From Vitrella brassicaformis CCMP3155 (Eukaryota > Protista > Chromerida), in assembly GCA_001179505.1 (NCBI GenBank), contig CDMY01000301.1:62001-126000 (forward strand): DNA of 64,000 nt, in the 5' to 3' direction. Position 1 is the stretch's first letter. Every line of letters begins with the position of its first letter. The notes under the pieces are model-generated. The model saw only the letters and a list, made by a program, of their open reading frames with translations. It had not been told where the DNA came from and made no database searches. The translations under genes were made by a program, and so were the position numbers. Below are positions 1 through 11,165 of the stretch, piece by piece.

Positions 1-2385
1 CATCGGATCCATTGGCGGCCTGGCTTCGCAGAAATCAGCACGTTATGGAAACGCGCTTGGCATTATGGGTGTCAGCGGTGGAGTGTTGGCAACGCTTGGC
101 ATGATGAACTTTCCAGCTGCTACACTCGCGACCGCAGCTGGACTGATGGGAGTCGGGGGAGCAGCCGGCGTCGCAGTCGGTTCGTGTAGCTTTAAATATA
201 CCAGGCTTTTCGAACAATGTCTTTTCTGCTTGTTCAGGTCAACGTGTCCAGGTAACGGAGCTGCCTCAAACTGTCGCAGCGTTCCATTCACTGGTATGTA
301 TATAGAGAATAATAATAATAAATAGTGTCATGCATTCCCAGGAGACATCTGCCTGCTTCAGGTTGGGTTCGCAGCCATGACGACGTCAATCGCCTCGTTC
401 ATCATCCACCCTGACGGCACTGCAGTTCACAAGATTGGGAGCATCCTCGGTGATTTCATCGGCGGTGTGACCCTGACGGGTGAGGTATTAATGGCAACTG
501 CACACCATTACACTCAATTTCACTGGTGTTGCATCCCTCGCTGTTCGCGTAGGCTCGCTAGTTGCCTTTGCGAAGCTGCACGGGATTATGCCATCAAAGC
601 CACTCGCCCTTCCTAACAAAAACCTGATCAATATCGCTGCTGCAGCCGCACAAGCTGGAGGCATCGCGGCATTTATGGCAAGTGCAAGCTTTCCGCTCAA
701 TGTCTCGTTGCTTACTGCTACTGCTGCGCTCTCGATGGTGAGTGAACGGAATTGCGACCCTGTCATCTGTAAAGTGTACTCCTCCTTGATTCAGGGCCTC
801 GGCTACCATCTTGTTGCGTCGGTCGGTGGTGCTGACATGCCAGTTTGTATAACGGTGCTCAATTCCTACTCTGGCTGGGCTCTTGTTGCCGAGGGCTTCA
901 TGCTCAACAATCCCTTACTGACAGTAAGAACAGCGAAGAAGAACTGGATTCATGCTTCACGGCTGCCCTGTGTGCTCCAAAGATCGTCGGATCGCTCATT
1001 GGATTCAGCGGTGGCATCCTCAGCTACATCATGTTCGTTATCATCATGAATCAGACTGACTCCTGAACTTTGCTGCTTGATTTATTGTTAAAATGTCGTA
1101 TGTCTGTACAGGTGCAAGGCAATGAATAGATCTTTGCCGGTAGGATGGTACACGCTCTGTCAGTTCCGGATTCGCAATTTGTCCTTCTGGTGACCTGTTG
1201 CAGAATGTGCTATTCGGAGGCTACCAAATAGCTGCGCCTGCGGCCGACGGCCCAAAAGTTGAGAAAGGAGAGACTCAAGAGATTAAAGTCGATTTTGCAG
1301 CAGGTGGGCTGCACTCGCACACCTCATCGGACGAATGGTCACAGGTACTGTTTTTTTTTTCTTCTTTTCTTTTGATTCGGTGAAGACCTTCTCGCCAACG
1401 CTAAGTCTGTCATCGTTGTTCCCGGTACTCTTCGGGCAGAAATCCCTTCAATCAGGCACATGTCATAGACTAAGTCGCTTGCCGACGTACGTCTTGCAGG
1501 ATACGGGATGGCCGTTGCGCGAGCGCAATATGCTTTGGCAGAACTCGCGAAGACCCTGCGGTAATTTGATGTAGACGCTCTTCGGACCGAATTTTTTACT
1601 TCTTCTGTCATTGCGGTTCCAGCGCGAATAACATTCAGGTCCGCTTTGGCATCCATCCTGTTGCTGGTCGAATGCCAGGCCAGATGAATGTTCTGCTCGC
1701 GGAGGCGGGCGTTCCATATGACTGGGTCTATGAGATGGACGAAATCAACGAAGACTTCAAAACAACAGGTGACGGCGCGATTCTTGGCGTAGGATTTGCA
1801 GAAAAGGCCTGGTGTTCTTGGCTGGAATGTTTGCATTTGACTTTATACAGACTTGGCTCTTGTTATCGGCGCAAACGGTAAGAGACATCGGGGTTTTTCT
1901 GAACCTCGGAAGACCCTGTCCCGAATGACTGGTGTCTTCTTCTTTTTCCCCCAGACATTACCAACAGCGCTGCGCAGGAAGTTCCTGGTTGTCCAATTGA
2001 AGGTAGAAGCTCGTGCTGAGTTTGGTGAGCTTCCTTTCTATCAAAAGCTTGTTCAATCAACTGATTTCAGGCATGCCTGTCCTGGAGTGCTGGAACGCGA
2101 AGCACTGCATCTACATGAAACGATCCTTGGCAAGCGGATACGCCGACATGTGAGGAACGTTGCCGTGTCCTTGCCGTTCTGCAAAAGTATCTCGATTGCC
2201 CTTCCTTTTTTATTTGCAGCGACAACCCTGTCTTTTACAAACCAAACACGTACATGTTTCTAGGCGATGCCAAGGTACGAAGTGACGATTGGAAATTCTG
2301 TTTCACTTCGCTCTGTCTGCCGCGTTGGCTTCTGCAGGAGTCGACAAGTTCTCTGCTGTCGCGTCTTCATGATACTTTTGCGTGA
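1..2385 (+). CDS. NNT: NAD(P) transhydrogenase, beta-subunit region (membrane domain II plus NADP-binding domain III), multi-exon, 5' end outside the window
   Basis: Spliced translation gives [100 protein letters not shown] and [18 protein letters not shown], all hallmark PntB/NNT motifs. The last exon ends at TGA 2383-2385. Introns are short GT-AG (e.g. 180-237, 294-361). Confidence 0.95.
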
Positions 2386-3311
2386 AATAGCCCCTGTAGA
2401 GTGTTTGCATATATTTTGCATCCAGCCCGAGTCATTGAAAGCCTGATACGCCTTTTGGAATTTTTCCGCGGACAGAGGGTGGTATGAGACGGGGATTGTT
2501 TCGGTTCACATGCCGACAACGCCATGCGTACGACGCGAACTTTCATGAGTCATCGAGTGTAAGCCCAACATCAGTGGCTTCGTGCAATGCCGTGTTGATG
2601 CCGCAAGCAAAGCCACACACGACTTTCAAGAGGCCTCCCCTAAGGTCGAGAGGCTCCACCGGGGGGTGTCTGTCTCCTCGCTCTTCCAATCTCTCCACTT
2701 GCATCCTTAAGGATATGAGAGACATGCACAAAACAGCGGCATCCTACTGCTCCTCGCATCGGCAGCATCGGCCTGCTCAATCGATACTCAGCATCACTGC
2801 CTGACAGTCCCACAGCACAAATGACTCACTTGCTCAATGAAGAAGCCAAGCCATGCATGCCGTCTCGATTTGGCATCCGCGCAGATGCATGTATTCCAGT
2901 TCACTCACACACTTGACGTCCCAGCACACGTAAGCCGGTTCGCACACGTAAGCCGTTCTTAAAGATACATAAGTACGGATGCTACCCACCCATGCATACA
3001 TACGATAGGGACCCACCCCCCTCCACCTATCTGCCAGTCTGTGCGACTGTGGTCTTCAACAGCGGCACTGGTCTTGGGGGGACGATCGGCTCGATGCGCA
3101 CGAGTGTCATCTTGCTGCTGGATTTGTCGCGCAAGTAGGTGTTGTTTTGGACATTGAGGCCCGTGACGAGTTGGCGGTTGACGAGGGGCGGCGCTGCCGG
3201 TGGTGCTGCGGCCTTGGGAGGGAGCGGCTGGCGCGTGGCGATGGAGGGGACCAGTTGAGGCCGCGGCCGCTGAGTCGCCGTCGCCTCCATGTCGAGTGTG
3301 ACGGTCCAGTT

Positions 3312-5197
3312 GGCCATGCCGCCCACCAGTGGACCAGCGCAGCTGTGTGTGGCTGCCGATGGCCTTGCGAGTGCCGCTGGGGCGAGGAGAGGTGGGGCGA
3401 CTGCCGTTGTGGCCGGGGCGGGGGCGGCACACAGCTGCTGGCCTCCTCTGCTGGCGTCGGGTGGTCGTGTCGGCCTCCGGGCGGCTGTCGTGTGTGTTGG
3501 CACTGGGGCGGCTGTGGGCATCGTGACATGATGTGTGGGCGGGGGTGCAGGTCGGTGAGCGAAGCGGGCGCCACTTGCGGCCGCAGGAGGCCCCCAGCAG
3601 CCGGTGTGGAGTGGCGGGGCGAGCGGGGGGACCGTGATGTGATGCGTAAGTGCGGGTGGGTGACTTGGTGGCGCCACTGGCACGAATGTCACTGCTGGTG
3701 GCGGGAGGGGGGCGCCAGGAGGAGGCGTCTCGCCATGCTGCGGTCTTGTTCGCGTCTCTTCGACCTCACCGTCGCCATCGTTACACACCCCCGCACTCTC
3801 ATGGTCGTCCTCTCGGCTCAACTCGGACCAGCTGTCGTCTGGAATGAAATTCGGCAGCTCTGTCGACAGAAAACGGCGAAGGGCGGATCGCACCTGCATC
3901 AATCAATCCATGCATTCACAGAGACAATCAGACAATGAGAGAGGGAGGGGCGGCCGTGGGCCCCTGTGGTGGCGTCGCGAGGACGCCTCACGGCATCGGC
4001 ATTAGCACGCTCGATGATCTCCACAAGACGCCAGTGCACGCGGATCTCCTTGCAACGCTGCAGCAGGGACCTGGTCGCACACCACACATCTNNNNNNNNN
4101 NNNNNNNNNNNNNNNNNNNNNNNNNNNNNNNNNNNNNNNNNNNNNNNNNNNNNNNNNNNNNNNNNNNNNNNNNNNNNNNNNNNNNNNNNNNNNNNNNNNN
4201 NNNNNNNNNNNNNNNNNNNNNNNNNNNNNNNNNNNNNNNNNNNNNNNNNNNNNNNNNNNNNNNNNNNNNNNNNNNNNNNNNNNNNNNNNNNNNNNNNNNN
4301 NNNNNNNNNNNNNNNNNNNNNNNNNNNNNNNNNNNNNNNNNNNNNNNNNNNNNNNNNNNNNNNNNNNNNNNNNNNNNNNNNNNNNNNNNNNGGCCATGCC
4401 GCCCACCAGTGGACCAGCGCAGCTGTGTGTGGCTGCCGATGGCCTTGCGAGTGCCGCTGGGGCGAGGAGAGGTGGGGCGACTGCCGTTGTGGGCGGGGCG
4501 GGGGCGGCACACAGCTGCTGGCCTCCTCTGCTGGCGTCGGGTGGTCGTGTCGGCCTCCGGGCGGCTGTCGTGTGTGTTGGCACTGGGGCGGCTGTGGGCA
4601 TCGTGACATGATGTGTGGGCGGGGGTGCAGGTCGGTGAGCGAAGCGGGCGCCACTTGCGGCCGCAGGAGGCCCCCAGCAGCCGGTGTGGAGTGGCGGGGC
4701 GAGCAAGGGGACCGTGATGTGATGCATGAGGGCGGGTGGGTGACTTGGTGGCGCCACTGGCACGAATGTCACTGCTGGTGGCGGGAGGGGGGCGCCAGCA
4801 GGAGGCGTCTCGCCATGCTGCGGTCTTGTTCGCGTCTCTTCGACCTCACCGTCGCCATCGTTACACACCCCCGCACTCTCATGGTCGTCCTCTCGGCTCA
4901 ACTCGGACCAGCTGTCGTCTGGAATGAAATTCGGCAGCTCTGTCGACAGAAAATGGCGAAGGGCGGATCGCACCTGCATCAATCAATCCATGCATTCACA
5001 GAGACAATCAGACAATGAGAGAGGGAGGGGCGGCCTTGGGTGTGGGGGAGTGTGGGTGTGTGCGTACCGCTGTGGTGGCGGCGCGAGGACGCCTCACGGC
5101 ATCGGCATGAGCACGCTCGATGATCTCCACAAGACGCCAGTGCACGCGGATCTCCTTGCAACGCTGCAGCAGGGACCTGGTCGCACACCACACATCT
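3312..5197. repeat. Direct duplication of about 0.8-1.1 kb flanking an assembly gap
   Basis: 3312-3955 matches 4392-5035 (offset 1080) and about 3965-4091 matches about 5071-5197. About 8 substitutions counted by eye in the first block. Confidence 0.9.
4092..4391. other. Assembly gap (300 N)
   Basis: Run of n. Confidence 0.99.
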
Positions 5198-8100
5198 TGG
5201 CCCATGTCTAACGCACGCGGACCCTGCACACACACACACACACACACACAGACAGAGAGACACACACACGCACACAGACAGACAGAGAGACATCCAAACA
5301 CACATCCACACACACGAACAGTCACGCGTCTTTCTCTTCCTGTCTGGCTGGCTGTCTGGCGTCGGTCGATTTTGTGAGTTAGTGCGCGAATGGGTACGTA
5401 CGTCATCGAGTGGTCCTTCCTGAGCCGGTCGAGGTCGATGAGCACCGCCTCGCAGCCGCCGCCAACCGACTCACGCAAACCAACATTCGCCGCCTGTCGA
5501 CAAACAAATACATACATGAGACATGGCTGGATGACGGGATGGATGGGTGGGTGCACTTGACGCGACGCACGTACACGGATGTCGCCATGCACCAGTCGAC
5601 TGGTGGAGTTGTCGCTCTTGAATGGCCGCAAAGAGACCGTCAGCGACAGTCCCGACGGTGCGCGTGGCCTCCAGTGTGGACACCGCCGACAGGTCCAGGT
5701 CAATCAGAACTCCTGCAGACACCGACAGACAGACAGACAGAGAGAGAAAGAGAGAGAGAGAGATGGTCATGAGTCACTCATCCATCCATCCATACGTCTG
5801 TCTGTCTGTCTGTCTGATGCAGGCTGCTCCCTGCTTACGTACGTACCTTCGATCCATTCCATCTTGTAGGCCGTCAGGCGCTCGCCGTGGGGACCGGCGA
5901 TGTGATAGACCTCTTCGACGCTGACCACGTCGGCGCACCGCGGCTTTTAAGTTACCGCGCGGCCGCCGGCACAATGTCAGCCATAGGTCGTTGCCGGTCC
6001 GCAAGTACTCGCCATCCTGTGTGTCGACATGCCGACACGTGCAACCAACACAAGACCACACAAGAACCAATCGGTGCGCACCCACCACACCATCTCTCGC
6101 CACACCCACCCACCCAATCACTCACGCACCTGTGCGCCAGAGTCGTGCTGGTCACGCAGAATCTTCACAGCCCAGCGGCGTCCCCCGCCGTCGCGCATCG
6201 CCACGACCACACCAAAAAGCGGCCGAAACGCGCCCCCGCGCTGCCGTCCAGAGACAGACCGGCCTCCCTCTCCAACCAATCCTGCAGACAGACAGACAGA
6301 CAAGCAAGACAGAGCAGATGTTTGTGTGCAGGACGGCGACGTCCAGAGGTGTCTTGCTCGGCTCTCTTTGACTGGCTGAAGCACTCACCACTGCAACATT
6401 CGCCCTCTTCAGCTCCGCGGAATTTCAATCTGATTCAGGGGCTCTCCTCTCTGCCTGTGCGACGCACGCGGACACACAGACACAGTCACACGCACACGCA
6501 CACGCAGACACACACAAAAGGACGGGACACGCACTTCGATCCCTTCCCCGTGCCCTTGTCGTCCTGTGCTGACTTCTCTCACCGTCATCGACGAACCAAT
6601 GCTCCCCCTTATCAAAAGGGAGCATCAACAGGGTGTCATCATCTCGTACATGGAGAGTGCAGGGACTTGGCTACCCCTGGATTTCGGAAAAAGGCCAGAT
6701 CTGCAATAGTCTGCGTGTCGTGATGTCGTGTTAGAGAATTCACAAGTGGCCGGGATTCTTTGCGGGCGGTGCAAGCGTGCCAATCAGATGGCGGCTTGTG
6801 GTGTGAGTGGTAATCATGTTGAGTCACAGTAAAACAGCACACATGCACAGCAGTCTCGAATTGCGAAAACAAAGTCAAACAATCACGTAGCAGTCCCACC
6901 AGTGGTCATGAAGTCAGACAGACAGGCACGGACAGACAGACAGAAGGCACAGCAGGCAGCCGGCTGTTTGAGCCAATTCATCAGAGAGGGAAGGGGTGGC
7001 ATACACTCACCTGTACGTACGTACTGCCTGTCTGGCCTTCCTTCCCTTGTCGGACAGTGAGTGCCAGGGGGTGGGTGGCTGTGTCTCAAGTCTCTGAGTG
7101 GACGAGGAGGCATATCATATGATATCGTACCGTGTCCACGTGCACTACTTGCTCAGAGACCACTGGACCGACCGACCAAGAGAAGGCAGGCAGGCACGGC
7201 AGCAAGGCCGACACACACGCAGTGCCCCAGCAAACAGCCAAGGAAGCGGTCATAGGCAAAAAACGAGGACATACATCTGGGTGGTTCTGTTGTCGATAAA
7301 AATAATGTGCGCCGTGTCCCTCGTTTCATGTGTGCCTTGCCTGTGCATCCATCCATCCAGCTAACAAGCCAAAGCAGCAGCCAAAATAGGTGGGGCAACG
7401 AGTGAGTCTGGCTGGCTGGCTGGCTGCTAGATACAGTTTCCTACTGCCTGACTCGGGATGGGTCCACACCGTGCAAGGTGAGACATTCCGACGGACGAAT
7501 AAGGAGTGATGCCAATCCAGGCAGAGGCAGGCAGGCAGGCAGAGCGGAGTGTAGTGGAGTGGGGTGAGCCTATGGGCCAGCCAGACATGGCTCGTGTCCC
7601 TTTCTTAGAAAAGGGTTGGTTGGTTTATGTACACACAAAAGCTGAGAGAAACACTTCACGCAGCTCAGTTAGTCAGTGAGGAAGTGAGTGGGAAGTGTCA
7701 CCATGTATGTATGAGCCAGTCAGTAAACACGCACAAGAAACCACTCATTCCCCCCCACACCACACCCACATCGATAGGTAGGGAATGAGTGAGTGTGAGG
7801 GAGTGAGTCAGCAATCGATGCAGTCAGTCAGTCAGTCAGTAGACATATCGACACCCCTCCCTCCGCCCCTGCCCCTACGTTCGATTGTATCGATCGTGCC
7901 GCGCCGCCGCCCGTGCGCTCGCTTCGCTTGGAAGCGTTCACATGTGGCGCCGACTGACTAACCTGCACCATCCATCAATCCATCTCTTTACAGGCCCAGC
8001 AACAAACCACACAGACCACCCAACCGCTCGGAATCTTTACATTCACGCACTCGCCAGCCATGTAGGCAGTCAGGCAGGTACATAGGTCAGGCCGGGGCAG

Positions 8101-8589
8101 CCAGGCAGGCAGGCAGGCGGACAGTCAGGCGGGCAGGTAGGAAGAGAGCATCAGTCAGCAAAAGACAGGAAGGCATTTGAATGGCCACACACCCCAGCCA
8201 ACACTCACATCCCTTCGGACAATCCTTCAATTGTGTTACCCCCTCTCCCCCAGCCGACAGCACACGACTAAGCTCAACTCATTAGGCACAAAATCAGCAT
8301 CAGTCAGTCATCTATCCATTGATTGATTCGATCGTATCCTGAGCTATTTAAGCAAGCAGCGTAGCTAGCTATAGCTGTTCATGGATTAGGCGTTTGCATG
8401 TGGGATGTATGTATATGGATGGATGTCTGTATTTATGTATACGGACGCCATGGGCAAGTAAGTACGCAGTTCGACAGGGAGACAGAGGGAGGGGAAGGAG
8501 GGAGGGAACGAACGGGCAGGTTAGGTAGGGCAAAACCAGGAAAATTTCTCTACGGGACGCCAATGCACTGGCACGGCCAATGGGTAGCG

Positions 8590-10500
8590 TTACGAGCACC
8601 TGCACACAGACACACACACACACACACATACATACAGACGCAGTCAAGTGAGTGCGTGAGTGCGGCTCCCTACTTGATGCAGAGATCAAGTGCTGCGTCA
8701 TGGTGGACGATCTGGGACAGGCAGCCGGCTATCAGCTCATGCTCCTGGACAGACATATCACGCACACAGACGGACAGCCCATATGTCAGTGCAGTCAGTC
8801 GTCACATGTGGTAATGTGGTCCGTCCCTTCACCGGACGGACGCATACATCCATGGTCCGTACCTTTTGGAGCTGGGCGATCTCGGGGCGCTCGACAAACT
8901 TGAGCGACTTAGTCCGGCAGTTGGGCATGCCGCTGACACCACAGACAGACAGAGACCAGGCGTACCGACGACACAAACGAGCAAGGGAGACATGAGTCCA
9001 CATGGTACGCAGATCTGCACAGCCTGCCTGCCTGCTCGTTGTCTGTCTGTCTGTCTGTCTTGTCTGTATCACCCACCTGGTGACATGGAGAATGGCTTCT
9101 CTCTCATGCGCACTATCACCGAATGAGATGACGTTACGACGGCACACCGAACTCCGCTCCGAGTAGAACTTCCCGATCTCGCGATCAAACGCCTTGGCCT
9201 GAGTGAAACACACACCAACACGGACGGCATGGGAGATCATGTCCGTCGGTGTCCACCACCGCTGCCACGTCTGTCCCTGCCTCGCTCCTCCGTCCCTGTC
9301 TGTGTATTTGTGTGCCGCTGTCTGCCTGCCTCTCTGCCTCTCTGGTGTTCGACAGGTGGGTAGGTGCCTCCCTCCCTCCTGTGGGTGCTGTGTCGTGTCG
9401 TGTTGCGTTGTGTTGTGTGTGATGTGTCCCTCCCTCCCTCACCCCTGCAGGTACCTACCTTCCACTCGAAGGGTGACTGGAACCCCTCAGGCTCGAATGT
9501 GCTCCTGGCGGAGAGGATGCGGTACTGAGTGACTGAGTCGTAGAGGGAGGGCATGAACTTGCGGCAGGAGAGTTCGATCCAGCCCTGCTCGGCGTTGGTG
9601 ATGATGACCACCGTGCCCATGGACGCCGCCAGCTCCAGGGTGCGCTTGGCGCACTCCGCCATCGAGTCCAGGTGCACCTGCAGGTCCTCGCTCACCACGC
9701 AGTCGTTGTCCAGCCGCAGCGACTTCTGCGTCAACCACGTGCTCGGCATCAACGTGTCGTCCTGCACACACACCAACCCACACGCCATACACATCACGCC
9801 ACACACCACACACCATGCACCACACACCACACACCACACCACACCACGCGGCAATTCCCAGCTGTGTTGGCCCCTCGGTGCCTCCCCTGTCCTGCCCTCC
9901 CTCCCTCCTGCTGACTGACTCACCCAGTCAAAAATGAAAATGGTGGATTCTGGAGGGAAGCCTTCGGGGGACTTGTCATCAACATCCCCCGAACTGTGGT
10001 GGCCCTTCTCCATATCCATAGGCACCGTGGAACTGCACACACACACGACACAGCCAAGGACAGGACAAGACACCGAGTGAGGGCATTGGCTTCGTGTCTG
10101 TACTTCCACCGCTCCACATCCCAGCCCCCGCCTGTCGTGTCTATCTGCGTATCAGTCACTGTCCCTCGTCCGTCCGTCCGTCCGTCCGTCCCACACGTGT
10201 CGTGTCATCCCTCCCTCCCTCCCCTCCCCATCCCACGTCATCCCACCCCTACCGACCTGGTGGATGCGTCATCTTCGGCGTCGAGGAAATCTTCGTCATC
10301 GCCGCACCGCAGGTCGCTGGGAGGGGGGGATGAGAGCGACTGCCCACCGTCTAACCCGCTGGGCAGGTCCGCCTCCGTGACGATTTCAACGGGACTGAGA
10401 GACACAGCAACGCCAACACACACGACACACGGCGTCCGTCAACCTCTTCCCGGGTGGTCCTTGACGCCGCTTACGCGATGGGGTTCGCACAGGTAGCCAT
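8590..10500 (-). CDS. HAD-superfamily protein (DWDDT type, similar to the apicomplexan HAD-domain ookinete protein family), multi-exon
   Basis: Spliced product: MATCANPIA|PVEIV...STIFIFDW|DDTLMPSTWL...VVIITNAEQGWIELSCRKFMPSL...NVISFGDSAHEREA...KSLKFVERP...LDLCIK|CS*. HAD motif I (DxDxT), motif II (TNA) and motif IV (GDS..E) are present. Splice phases are consistent. Confidence 0.8.
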
Positions 10501-11165
10501 CGCACACGGAAGAGGACGCTCCACCAGAACCAGGTACTCGTATCTCACTCACAAGGCGATGTACTGACCACTATCTCCACACGCCGTGCTGTGTGTTGCG
10601 GGGCCTGTGTGGCCTTGTCTTCCGGCGTGCGAGATAGGAGCCGCTAGGGAATCGTCCAACACTCAAGCTCGCACAGCTTAAGGCCGCTGTGAAACGAACG
10701 ATGACGGGACGACGTGAACGATCGGTGAAAGATGATGCAGGCATTCTGCGTTACTCAAGAGGACTGACAGCAAGGAGGGGCTGCGTACGAAGACCTTGAC
10801 GAAGACGCTTCTGCGCATGCCTGTGGATGCAACTACCTCGTGAATGAATCTTCAATGTTCGACGCACTATGCAATGAGCTTACAACGCGTGTCTACTGAC
10901 AAACAGCCCACAAAGTCAACCACCGATCGATTTGCAGCATGGTTTATCTATCTATCTATTATCTGCTGGAGAGCACACCAAGCGCTCCTTACGTCTACGC
11001 ACCCATCCATCCATCCACCGCCTCCCCGCCCTCCCGCCCGTCAGTCAGTGTCGGGAGAGGAAGTAGTTGACAGAGAGGCAGGCGAGGATGATGATGAGGG
11101 CAACACCCAGCAGACACACGCACCTGCAACACACCACAACCAACATTCAGGACGGCGAGGGACAT

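Larger units (their letters stand above)
3027..6428 (-). pseudogene. Divergent protein kinase-like gene with a Pro-rich C-terminus; two apparent frameshifts; 3' exons duplicated
   Basis: Exons read in kinase subdomain order: FGVVVAMRDGGGRRWAVKILR (exon 6130-6281), DVVSVEEVYHIAGPHGERLTAYKMEWIEG, RLVHGDIR|AANVGL...AVLIDLD, GQDVWCA...RRPRA, then a Pro/Ala/Thr-rich exon ending at TAG 3027. The frame breaks near 5935 and near 5600. The 5' end is unresolved. Confidence 0.55.

Noticed and set aside
2543-2731. 62-aa minus-strand ORF as last exon of the kinase-like gene
   Set aside because: The preceding Pro-rich exon already terminates at TAG 3027; the link is unsupported.
3935-5018. Long ORFs spanning the N gaps (also 35183-35725)
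   Set aside because: They are long only because N codons contain no stops.
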